DNA of 64,000 nucleotides from Eledone cirrhosa (Eukaryota): NCBI GenBank assembly GCA_964016885.1, contig OZ024741.1, forward strand, positions 122,760,001 through 122,824,000. Direction: 5' to 3'. The notes below the pieces were generated by a model. It saw nothing but the letters and a program-made list of their open reading frames with translations. It was not told the origin of the DNA and made no database searches. The translations under genes were made by a program, and so were the position numbers. Positions 27,706 through 40,300 of the stretch are shown here, one piece after another (position 1 is the first letter of the stretch; each line of letters begins with the position of its first letter).

Positions 27706-28100
27706 GCATATCACTTCCAGACATCCTGTTATGGTGCCAATTGTTATTTTTTATTTCTTTTATTTGAACTGCGATCCTTCACACAATTATTATCTTATAA
27801 CCAACTACCGTACCATACCACACCACACCACGCCATGCCACACCATGCCGTGCCACACCACAATCCACCATATCCCGCTACACCGTACCACCTCACGCCG
27901 TATACAGACGTACATTACATATGTGACCCATGTTGCTCATTCTCGACACACTATTTCTTATCTGATATCAATCCAAAGTAGTAGCACACAATCATTAAAT
28001 AATAACGAGGCGGAAGCAATAGAAGACCAGCTGTAGCTGATATAAATATGTGCTATTCCACTGCATACTTACTAGTTTCGGACAGCCTGTATTATTTTCA

Positions 28101-29070
28101 TACGATCTGAGTTCAAATCCCGCCGAGGTTAACTTTGCCTTTCATCCTTACCGGGTCGATAAAATAAAGTACCAGTAATGTACTTGGTAATTTATGGCCT
28201 TGTGCCTAATGTAGAAATAATTATTATAAATGGCGGTGGATTGGCAGTATCGACAGAGGGTCGGACGCCATGCTTTGCAGCAGAGAGTTACGGTCCTTTA
28301 TGGTCTGAGTTCAAATCCTGCCAAGGTTAATTTTGCCTTTCATCCTTATGGGGTCAATAAAATAAAGCACCAGTAATGTACTGGATAATTGCTGGCCTTG
28401 TGCCAAAAGTAAAAATAATTATTATAACGGTGGTGGATTCGCTGTATTGGTGGAGAGTCGGACGCCATGCTTTGCAGCACAGTTACGTCCCTTTACGGAC
28501 TAAGTTCAAATCCCACCGAGTTTAACTTTGCCTTTCATCCTTACGGGGTCGATAAAATAAAGTACCAGTAATGTACTGGTAATTGCTGGCCTTGTGCCAA
28601 ATGTAGAAACAATTATTATAAAGGGCGGTTAGGGCAGTGGATTGGCAGTATCGGTAGAGAGTCGGACGCCATGTTTTGCAGCATAGAGTTACCGCCCTTT
28701 ATGGTCTGAGTTCAAATCCCGCCAAGGTTAACTTTGCCTTTCATCCTTACGGGGTCGATAAAATAAAGTACCAGTCCAGCACTGGGGTCGAGTTAATCGA
28801 CTTTCTCCTCCTCACAAATTACTGGCCTTGTGTCTATAGTAGAAATAATTATTGAGGGTGGTGGATTGCCAGTATCAGTAGAGTGTCGGACACTAATCTT
28901 CGCGGCACATCCTTTTGTGTTCTGAGTTCAAATTCCACCGAGGTTAGCTTTGCCTCTCATCTTTACAGGGTCGATAAAATAAAGCACCAGTAATCCACTG
29001 GACTCGATTTAGTCGAATCTCCCCCTCTCCCAAAATTGCTGGTCCTGTAGAAACAATTAATATTATTGTT
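28101..29070 (+). mobile_element. Head-to-tail stack of 5 SINEs
   Basis: Units at ~28101, 28231, 28428, 28625 and 28855, each ending AGAAA..ATT. Short and long variants (long has an extra GTCGA..TCGAC stem). Confidence 0.92.
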
Positions 29071-29309
29071 ATTATTTTGTTAGTCCGTCTATCAACACGT
29101 GTTACATATCACTCTCGTAATTTTTTTATTATTCCTATTACTGTCAAAAGTATTTTGTTGAACATTTGATATTCTCTTATAGTTAAACTAAACAGAATCT
29201 TCGAGGGCTGGTTAGTGCTTCTCTGCCTCTAGCCCTTAGGGTCTAAACCTGTGATTGTTTTCCAAACAAACCCCTCGATGTTTTCATAAATAAGATGGCC
29301 CTATTGTAA

Positions 29310-29846
29310 ACAAATCCCTCCCCATGTTCTTTTGGCCGTGAAGGTCAGAGAAGTTTCATACGTCTGGTTGCTGTAGCAATAAAGTTTAAGGTAGACGCAA
29401 CTGAACGGGCTGTAAACAGACACTTTCCTCTTCGACCAAATCCATATCAACTTGTTTAACTTCGTCTTAAAAAGGAAGATGAGAGTGTGAGAAGGAAGTG
29501 CTGCTGCAGTACATTTATTAAAAGGTGGGTGAATGTAGCGAGGATGGCTCAAATTAATGGGCCTACTCTGAACATGGACCTGGTAAATGGAGTGTTCACA
29601 GAGGAGAGGGACACCTTTCTCAAGTGCTACTTGCTATTAGGGTGTTTCTGATTTGTGAAATTTCAAACAACATCTGGGAGATGCTCCTCCCAATTGAGGA
29701 ATTCTGTGGTTATATGTTTATTGTTAAAGGTTTTCTGCTTTCGTTTTCTTTTTACACATTTTATATACAACTCCGCTGTCCCCAATGTTTTGTATTGTCA
29801 TTTATGTCACGGCCGTAGTGTACAATGTAGAAATGATTATTATTAT
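29310..29846 (+). mobile_element. Old 3' fragment of a related Tx1 LINE
   Basis: Broken frames give REGQRSFIRLVAVA...LKRKMRV...RWVNVARMAQINGPTL, homologous to the array ORF2 C-terminus; 3' UTR and ATT tail follow. Confidence 0.8.
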
Positions 29847-29849
29847 GAA

Positions 29850-30879
29850 AGTTGTGGATTGTCAGTATCGGTAGAGCGTCGTAGAACATGCTCTGCGTTA
29901 CGGCCCTTTACGTTTTGAGTTCAAATCCCCCTGAGTTTAAGTTTTGCCCTTTGTCCTTATAGGGCTAATGAAATAAAAATACCAGTAAAGTACTGAAGTC
30001 GATTTAATCGACTTTCCCCTCCCCCAAAAGTGTGGCCTAAATCAGAAACCGTTATTACTGTTATTGTTAGGGCGGTGGATTGGCAGTATCGGTAGAGGGT
30101 CGGACACCATGCTTTGCAGCATAGAGTTACGGCTCTTTATGATCTGAGTTCAAATCCCACCGAGGTTAACTTTGCCTTTCATCCTTACGAGGTCGATAAA
30201 ATAAAGTACCAGTCACTTACTGGGGTCTATTTAATTAACTTTCACATCCCCCAAAATTGCTGGCCTTGTGCCTATATATGACACCATTATTACTATTGTT
30301 GTTGTTATTTAGTTAGGGTTTTCTATGGTTTGGGTTCAAATTCTGCTGAGTCAACTTTGGTTTTCATTCTTACTGGGTCGCTACAATAAAGTGCCATGTA
30401 ATTACTGCTGTTGATATAATTGAATATTCCGTTTCCCCAATATGCCGCCCTTCTGCGAATGTTAAAAGTCACTATTACTGAGGGTGATGTGAGTAGTGGA
30501 TTGGCAGAATCGTTAGTACATCGGACAAAAGACTTTGCAGCATTTTGGTAAGGCCTTTAACGTTCTGAATTTTAATCTGTTACTAACAAAATACTGTATG
30601 ATGTAATCAACTTCTCCCCTTCTAAATCTGCTGGCCTTCTACCTAAATTAGACATCATTATCATTATTCTCATTTTTGGCGGTGGATGGCAGTATCGGTA
30701 GAGAGTCGGACGCCATGCTTTGACGCATAGAGTTACGGCCCTTGCCATTCTGAGTTCAAATCCCGCCGAGGTTAACTTTGCCTTTCATCCTTACGGGGTC
30801 GATAAAATAAAGTACCAGTAATGTACTGGGTATTTGCTGGCCTTGTGCCTAAAGTAGAAACAATTATCATTATTCTCAT
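29850..30879 (+). mobile_element. Second stack of about 5 SINEs of mixed age
   Basis: Units at ~29850, 30068, 30315, 30495 and 30678. The last has a 17-bp TSD ATTATCATTATTCTCAT (30657-30673, 30863-30879). Confidence 0.88.
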
Positions 30880-30885
30880 GTATCA

Positions 30886-30960
30886 ATACTACTACTACTA
30901 CTACTACTATTTGTATTATTATTATTATTATTATTATTATTAGTAGTAGTAGTAGTAGTA

Positions 30961-30997
<37 letters not shown>
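30886..30997. repeat. Compound trinucleotide microsatellite (TAC)(ATT)(AGT)(AGC)
   Basis: Seen directly. Confidence 0.9.
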
Positions 30998-30998
<1 letters not shown>

Positions 30999-31309
30999 TG
31001 GTTAGTACAGAGGCTCTGTCCCTTATCTCAATCACCTAATTAATTCAATCATTAAACCGTCATTTCTGAAACGTTTCACTAATTATGGAAGATATTAATA
31101 AAAAATTACACATCCCTAACACATGAAGCAATGAGATTTCACAAAGGCCACTTTTTTTTAATGCTACAATATGGGCGAAATTTATGTGTTTGGAATTTTT
31201 ACATAAACCAGTTGAAGTCATAATTGTTTATCTTACTATGATTGTTTTCTTTGATACTCAACTGGATTAGTTTGTTACGCAAGTAATATCATTGACAAAT
31301 TTCAGACCA

Positions 31310-31895
31310 ATATATACTTGAGAATTACTTAACATATACTTGATAAACACTTTCTTGACACATGGGAATTACTTAGCATATATAATATATGCGAGTCGCT
31401 TAACATACACATTTTGATTTACTTAAAATCTGCCTAGGAATTACTTTATTTATATTTGGGAATTACTTCACATATAGCTAACAAGTACAGAAGTTATACC
31501 TGGGAAATATTTGACAAAATGCTGGGAATCAGATAAGATATACTTGGGAAATCTTTAACATATAGCTGAATAATACAGAAGAAATACTTGAGAAATATTT
31601 GACATTTAGCTTGGAATTACAAATGATATATCTGGAAAATATTCGACATATAGGTGGGAATTACAAAAGATGTACATGGGAATAAAATAGATATACCTGG
31701 GAATTACTTTATATACAGCTGGGAATTATTTGACATGGGGCTGGGGATTAAATAAAGTATATCAAGTAAATAATTGACATAAAGTTGGGAATTAACTAAG
31801 ATGTACCTGGGAAATACTTGGGATATTGCTGAGAATTATGTAACATCTATCTGGAAATTACATAACATATAGCTGGAAATTACATAACATATATC
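31310..31895. repeat. Degenerate ~22-bp minisatellite (approximate consensus CTGGGAATTACTTAACATATAG)
   Basis: TGGGAATTAC/GAAATA cores recur at ~22-nt spacing. Confidence 0.8.
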
Positions 31896-32168
31896 GAGCA
31901 TGTTTAAAACCTGGTGGAGTTTATCTCCTCTCCGATAACGAATACAGTCGATTTCTTCCAGAAAAGGCGAGAAAGCGAGATTTTTCTATCGTAAGCGAAT
32001 AATTAAGAAGTTTGTTTAGCAACGACCTGGATTCTGATTCTGACCTGACCCACTGCGTAGTGCTATTAGCATGTGATTTCTACTTTGACCCCAGGCTGAC
32101 AAATTCATTCTGAGCCAAATTTAGTAGGCGGAAACTATACTGAATTTTGCGTTATATACTTTGTGTAG

Positions 32169-32204
<36 letters not shown>

Positions 32205-32332
32205 GTTATTAGGAGTATTCCAAAGCTTGGTAGAACAAGTTGTGAGGAAAGTTCTCAACATACGTTAAGGTGACTCGACAGGTTGGTAGGGATTCTGTAG
32301 TGGAAACACGAACAAACGAGGAGTGTAATCAA

Positions 32333-32697
32333 AGAAGAGAAATAGGACGAAGGTAAACAATTACAAAAGAATTTAATCCACGTATTTACAATTGTTTCAT
32401 CAGAATTTCAGTCCATTATTGCTACACCATGTTATAATAGGCAATCAAGAAAGATACTGTGGCATCCGAATTTTCAAAATACAAGGTTGGAATGACCTTA
32501 GGAAATGAAACTACCCCTTATTTCATTTCCTAAGGTCATTCCAACTTTGTATTTTGAAAATTCTGATGCCACAGTATCTTTCTTGATTGGCTATTATAAC
32601 ATAGTGTAGCAATAATGGACTGAAATTCTGATGAAACAATTGTAAATACGTGGATTAAATGCTTTTGTAATTGTTTACCTTCGTCCTATTTCTCTTC

Positions 32698-32698
<1 letters not shown>
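32333..32698. repeat. Long inverted repeat with 178-bp arms and 10-nt spacer
   Basis: 32333-32510 is the reverse complement of 32521-32698, with about 5 mismatches counted by eye. Confidence 0.95.
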
Positions 32699-33321
<623 letters not shown>

Positions 33322-33324
33322 CTG

Positions 33325-34512
33325 AAGAGGCGGATTTTCAGGTCTTTACGATGGTCCGACTTCCACACCGATCTCAAACTGTGGCACGCCGCCCAAGCTT
33401 TGCTCTTCCTCTCAACCACATCACCTTCCGTATTCCCAATTTTTGCTCCCAAATACAGGAAGCCCTCAACCAATTCTAGCGGCTTCCCGCCTACATTAGT
33501 GATCCCCTCTGGCGTCTCAATATTTTCTTGTCCTGGGTATGACATTAAACTACATCGGAGTTCAGGAGCTGTGGGGAATGCGGAGTTACCCCTTAGTTGT
33601 CTTAACTCCCAGGTCTTCTCTGGTCCGGAGTAGTAGTACCTGTTAGCACTCCATTTATGGGTTAAATAACTACCCTATTCGAGTGGCGCCGGTAATGTAT
33701 TGTCAGCTATTGAAAAGAAATATGGAGAGTCGGTCTAACAGCACTAGGATTAGAGCCCCTAATTACACTGTCAAGGAGCAGTCTGGTCGTTATGACTCTG
33801 CTGGCTTAGAGCCACGGAGAGGGCCAGTGGATGATGGATCAGCTGTCTCTGAGACAAATATAAAGAATGCAGTTTTGTCCTGCAGAAGAGCCATCAAAAT
33901 GGGCACTTTGAATGTGAGGACTATTCGGACGCTGGAGAAGAGAGAGGAGTTGGGAGATCTGTTCGAGGAGAGTGGTATACAGATACTTGCGATCCAAGAA
34001 CACAGGATCCTACACGATGAGCCCGTGAGGAGTGTGATGATTGGGAAGAGGAGCCAGCTCATCACCACATCGGCAGTGAAGAAATTGCTGTAGTGGAGTC
34101 TGTGCTGCTGTACGGGTCTGAGACTTGGACACTGACCAAGAAACTCACTCAGATGGTGGATGGGTGCTACACGAGAATGCTGAGGATGGCTCTGAACATT
34201 AATCAGTATACACTGAGGATGAAAAACTCAGAGCTGTATGGTAGCCTCCCAAAAGTCAGCTCAAAAGTGACACAGAGGAGACTGAGGTTAGCTGGACATG
34301 CTCACCGACATCCAGAGTTGACATTGCACTCAGTGCTCCTGTGGGAGCCCCTATATGGACACACTGGAAGAGGAAGACCAAGGTTAACGTATGTTGATGC
34401 CCTAAGGCCAGACACTGGTCTGTTGGAGACGCAGGACATGGCAGCCATAATGAGGGACAGAGACCGCTGGAGAGAACTAGTCCATGGATCTCTGGAATTT
34501 TACCCGCCCTAG
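33325..34512 (+). mobile_element. Rearranged RTE-clade LINE (inverted segment, 5' segment, 3' segment) with 11-bp TSD
   Basis: - strand FLYLGAKI...KIRLFR (33321-33530); + strand 5' UTR and endonuclease start GTLNVRT, ILAIQEHR (33530-34085); + strand C-terminus VESVLLYGSETW, RRLRLAGH, RGRP, DRDRWR. TSD ATACATATCTG at 33314-33324 and 34513-34523. Confidence 0.9.
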
Positions 34513-34602
34513 ATACATATCTGTGCGCGTGGGTGTCCGTAACGGAGCTTGTTGCTCAGACAAAATGAGATCGATTACACAAATATCAGGCTTTCAATAT
34601 TT

Positions 34603-34614
34603 ACACACACACAC

Positions 34615-34707
<93 letters not shown>

Positions 34708-35253
34708 TGGGGATGATATAATTGATTAAATCCTTTCAAATTAGTGCCCTAGTGTGGCCGTTGTCTAATGACTGAAACCAGCAAAAGAAGTGAAGAGGCA
34801 ATAAACCACCGTTGAATTTGATCTGAAGTACTGTATTGGCAAGACGAGAATTATTTTAGAAGACACATTTATAGTTTTTTCGGTCTGTGAATTCATGAAT
34901 GCTTCGAAGAGTAAAGGCGGAGAAAGAGAGGGGGCAACAAAATCGAAAACAGATCGATATTCTGTCCAGCCATATTATTTAATCTTTGACAGCAAATAAA
35001 ACATTATTCTAGGCAGGACTTAACCAAACGCCAAATATTATAAATAGCCAAAACAATACGCACACACGGTCGCTCGAACATACGTACAGACGCAAAAACA
35101 AATATGTACAAATATGCATACACAGGGACACACACACACACGTACACACATACACAGGGAAACACTAAATAGATATGTACAAATGTATATATACATACAC
35201 ACACAGACCTACATATATACACAGGTATTATATGTTAGAGTATATATATATAT

Positions 35254-35325
<72 letters not shown>

Positions 35326-35421
35326 TCCCTCATATATGCCTCATTCCATAAACACATGAATAAGTTTGTATTATAAATCAAAAAACCAATGAAGTGTTTG
35401 AGAGGTTTCTATGTAAATCTA

Positions 35422-35452
<31 letters not shown>

Positions 35453-35523
35453 ATTTATTTATCTTTATCTGTCTGTCTCTCTATCTTTATATATCTATAT
35501 CTATATCTCTCTCTCTCTCTCTC

Positions 35524-35587
<64 letters not shown>

Positions 35588-35845
35588 CAAGTACAGTATA
35601 CATGTTTATATATTTACGCGTACATATAAGTGTATCTATGCGTGTGTGAGTGTGTGCATATCTACCCACTAACGTTTAAGCAGACTAATCTTGCCTGACT
35701 TCAGTAACAGTGAATTCTTCAGAATAAACAAAATCAAAATACAGGCAAGAATGTCATTGTACCATGTTTAAAATATCTGACTTTCAATTTTTTATAGACA
35801 TGTCTGATGAATTCATACACACGCACACATACATGTATAATATAC

Positions 35846-35925
<80 letters not shown>

Positions 35926-35965
35926 ATGTAAGTATATATGCATGTATGTATGTATATATGTAGGT
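34603..35965. repeat. Dinucleotide/tetranucleotide microsatellite-rich region, with a decayed 3' end of a second SINE type at ~34706-34790
   Basis: (TA)n, (TG)n, (CTAT)n. The segment GTGCCCTAGTGTGGCC...AATGACTGAAAC..AAAAG resembles an octopus SINE 3' end (from memory). Confidence 0.75.
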
Positions 35966-36549
35966 ATGTATGTATTGCATTTGAAAATAAAACGGTGTTT
36001 ATTGTGCGTTTTCCTTTTCGTAATCTACTGTTGTTGATTACACCTGTACAACTCACATGATTTCTCTTTTCTGAAGCTGCAAGTGCAGACTTTTGACTAT
36101 CTGAATATGATCTGAAGTTTATTATATAAGTTTTAACTCTTCTGCTTCCTAACATTCCTCTTTATTTATCAGCCATATTTTCCTGTGATTTTCATGAACA
36201 TTGTAACGAGGATTCTTCATTTGTTATACATTGAACAACTCACTTAACACGCTGGAGGTTTGCAGATGACATAACTATTACATCAAATGTATGTTGGCCT
36301 GATGCATACATTAGAAATTGTTACCTTGTGTCTAAAGTAGGTAAGAGTACATCGATCGTTCGTTTTTGTTTTGAGCCGAATCTGTTTTACATTTGAAAAG
36401 TGGATGAGAACCCTAAAATATGTAGAAATATAATGTCATCCTTTGGACTTTATATATTTCTACTGTATTGTACTGGCGTTTTGAAACTTATCAGTCATTA
36501 ATATTAATTTTAATACAAAGAGTGATGTGCGCATGCACGGAGATGATAT

Positions 36550-36750
36550 AAAATAGCTTATAAAATAGGGAGAAGTTGCTTAGAGACGGAAAAAGCCGTT
36601 GTCATCGATCCCTATGAGGAAACCAACATTGTATCAGGTTCAAAACGTGTAGACGGTATCGGAAAAATAAAAGATTCGCTTCCTCGTAGCGACCGATTGC
36701 AACTTTTCTTCGGTTTTTAAGGATTTTCCCCCTATTTTTAAAGCTATTTG
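36550..36750. mobile_element. Old foldback/MITE-like palindrome
   Basis: AAATAGCTTATAAAATAGGGG versus CCCCTATTTTTAAAGCTATTT, with imperfect complementarity extending about 80 bp inward. Confidence 0.6.
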
Positions 36751-36799
36751 ATAGCTTCTCTGCATCTGAGCACATCAATCATCTTATTAATATTGATAT

Positions 36800-37003
36800 T
36801 AATGTTTTCTAATTTAGGTAGAAGGCCAGCAATTTCAAGAGTTGTGATAGTAGAGTATATCGACCCAAGTACTTGACTGGCACATTTATTTTATCGACCT
36901 CGGATGGATGAAAAGCAAAGTTGATCCCGGCAAGATTTGAATTCAGAACGTAAAGAGCAGAAATAAATGCGGCTAAGCATTTGACCTTGTCGATTCACAG
37001 CAC

Positions 37004-37004
<1 letters not shown>
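36800..37004 (-). mobile_element. Older SINE copy abutting the distal (ATT)14 tail of the Tx1 array
   Basis: - strand GAATTCAAATC, GCTTTTCATCC..GAGGTCGATAAAATAA, GCTGGCCTT...AGAAAAC; head degraded. Confidence 0.8.
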
Positions 37005-37049
<45 letters not shown>

Positions 37050-37309
37050 TTTCTTTATTAACCACAAGGGTTTACATAAAGTAGACATTAAGGACAGTGC
37101 AGGACAATGCAGGACGGTACAAATGGGCATTTCTGCGTGTAAAAAAACAAAAACAGAGGATGTAACAAAAATAACAATGAAAATAACAATGAAAAATTCC
37201 CCAATAGGGGGGAGACTTCGGAGGGACATTTGTGGAGAAAGCCCAGTAAAAAGCCACAATGACCCTGACCACCAAGGCAAGTGCCCTCTCCCAGTTTTCC
37301 ACCTTTAGT

Positions 37310-40300
37310 TTACAGATATATACTCAGAGTCGGCCCATTCACTCGGGCCATTCTTGCTTCTCTCACCCATCTTTCAACAAAATGCTGGGAAGAGAGCACT
37401 TCCCTCTCTACTCTGATTTTCCTTTTCAAATGAAATTTGAAAAAGTCAATCAGAGCATCACCGAAGAGGTAAGTGCTCGTCTTCAGCCCTTTCAAACGTG
37501 TCCACCATACTATCTCTTTCGCCATGGCCACCAGACAGATAAAAACTGCCTGCCCTTCCCGGCTAAAGGAGGAGGGCGGGGCAATCCTCACGATAGACTC
37601 AGATGATAGCTGGATCCGTCCTAAACGCGACAGCAGGTGTTCGACATAAACCCACAAGTCAGCAATTTTCGGACACTGGACGAGTGCGTGCAGGACGGTT
37701 TCGTCGCCCTGCGCGCATCTCGGACATGCCCGGCTGACGGCACCTCCATGCCTGTAGAGTTTATCCCGAACTGGCAAGGCTCCTCGGTAGCACTGCCAGG
37801 CCAGAGATTTCTGGAAGTTGTCCATAGGCCCTGGCCCGAAAGTTCTTCCGAAGAGATTGGCTAGTTGATTTTCGTCGACGCCTAGAGTTTCCCCAAGTAC
37901 GTCGTCGCTCTTCTCCTCCACTAATCCTCTATAGAACGCCGAGGTGGAGTTTCCACCGATCACATTGCCCGATTGGTCGAGGGCTGTGAGCGCCTGAAGA
38001 CATTCCAGTCTCCAGGCGCTCCCTCTCGGTCTTCGCTTGACCCAGGACTGCAGCTCCGTCAAGGAAACGAGCTGGGGAAAAACGCGTCTAGCAAACGGCG
38101 ACCACACCTGATCACCGTCGAGGAAGAGGTGGAGATGTCGTAGCCTGAGCGCGTGCCTGCGCATCATCAGCCACGGCATGCCCAGCCCTCCACGTAGCGG
38201 GTGTTGACAACAGATGGACCGCCTGACCATCGGAGCACGTCCCTTCCACAAAAAGCGAAAGAGCAAACGCTCCAGCGCAGTCAGGCGAGGCTTAGGACAA
38301 GGTACGACGGTTAGGCGGTAGCAGATGACAGACGCGATGTACGCGTTAGCCACCTCCGCTCGACCTTTCAGGGATAGCTTCCTCTCCGCCCATTTCTGGG
38401 TGAGAGAAGCCACCCTGCTCGTCACCTCGTCCCAGTTTTTGTCCGTCTGGAGGTCCGGACCGAACCAGACCCCTAGCAATTTAACCGGTCCGTCCGTCCA
38501 GCGCCCGACGACGCTGTTGGACGGCATGGACCTGCCTCTCCAGGTGCCGAGCTGCAGGCCCACTGACTTTTCCTGGTTGATCATTGCTCCTGTCACCGCT
38601 TCGTATTCTCTTAGTGTAGTGCCGATCGCCTCGATGTGTTTGGCGTTCGACACCACTACGGTGACATCGTCCGCATATGCTGACACGGATCTTCCGCATC
38701 CTAGTTCGCGCGGGACTCCCCTCAACGTCTCCAGTTTGTGCAGTAATGGCTCGAGCGTCAATACGTACAAGAGGGACGAGAGGGGACATCCTTGGCGGAC
38801 CGAGCGCATGATGTTGAACGGTTCCGACAGGTGACCGTTCACTCTCACCACAGAGCAGATGTCGCTGTGCATGGCAGCGATCCAGCCTCTGAAGACGGGC
38901 CCAAAGCCAGCCGCCCTCAGGACTGCCGCCAGGTAACGATGGTCGACCCTATCGAAAGCTTTCGACTGATCTAAATTGATCAAGGACCCACCCGTGCCAG
39001 GTTCCCTAGCTACCCTCTCTACGATGTATCGCATGAGGTGGAGGTTGTCGTGGATGGATCTGTCGGGAATGGCGCATGTCTGCGCCTCTCCCACCAGACC
39101 ACCAACGACAAGCGCCAACCTCTTTGCTAGCACCTTGGCCAAAATCTTAAACTCTGTGTTTAGCAGAGTTATGGGCCGGAAATTGTCTATGTTATCCCCC
39201 TTGTTCGGATCCTTTCTCAGCAGTGCCACCGCTCCTCGGCTCACAGAACTGGGAATTCTCCCGTTCTGTTGCCAGTTGCAGTACACGTCCGCCAAGAGGC
39301 CTCCGAACAAGCCTGGCATCTGTACGTAAAGTTCATAGGGCAGACCATCCAAACCAGGCGATTTACCCCTTGTGCAGCCAGTCATTGCCTCCCTTACTTC
39401 AGCGGCTGTTATCGGCTTTTCGCAACACCTCGCCTCAGTGGCCGAGAGCCGCGGCAGTCCGTCGAGGTAGACACTAAAGTCCATCCCTCTACCCGGCCCA
39501 CCGCTGCCCCCGAACAGCTGAGCGAAGTGTCGCTGAAAAGCTTCACACATTTGCCCGGGATCGAGTAGCATGCGCCCGTCGTGGTCCACCAAAGACCGGA
39601 TCGTGGCTTTGTTGCCACGACGCGCCTCCGCCACTCGGGCCCATTGAACGGCTTTCGTCCCCTCGTGTCTGAGAGCACGCACCCTTGCTCTGACAACGCA
39701 GCCTTCGTGCTTTGCATTGAAGAATTGGTCAAGGGCCAATTTCGCCGCAAGCACGTCGGTCGCAATGCCTTTGCTAAGCGCCTCGTCTAATTTTCTAACT
39801 AGTTCTCCCTCTGCTCTATTTTTCTCTATTGCTAAAGCCTTACTAAACCTAATCGATTCTATTCTAATCGCTCTTTTCAGAGCAAACCACCACTTGTTGT
39901 TGACGATGGCCCCCGTCAACGCCCGCTTAACTAGTTCGCTAATCCGGTCTCTGTAGGCCTTGCGCGCTGGTAAGGACGCGTTTAGCTTCCAGTAGCCGGG
40001 TCCTCGTCTATGAAGCCTATCTAAGTCAAGCACACAGATCACGAATTTGTGGTCCGTGTAGCTGACTATCTTGAATTGTGGACAGCCTATGCTAGACCTA
40101 TCTATTTCCCTACAAAATACTCTATCTAGATATGATCTGGATGACCCTATGCGGTTTGTCCAAGTCCACATTGGCACATTCGGGAAATCCAATCGGTACC
40201 TGTCAGACAGTTCAAAACGCCTGAGCAGGTTGGTGAGGCTCTTGCACCCTCCACCCCTATCCGCTAATCCCACACAGTCCCAGCGTGCATCTAAGATCCC

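Noticed and set aside
28101-30879. tRNA genes or a CRISPR-like array
   Set aside because: A and B boxes belong to SINE heads with no complete cloverleaf; units are ~190-230 bp with no unique spacers; eukaryotic context with no cas genes.
32521-32660. Hammerhead ribozyme in the palindrome (CTGATGAAAC)
   Set aside because: CUGAUGA and GAAA overlap with no stem II; the core is incomplete.
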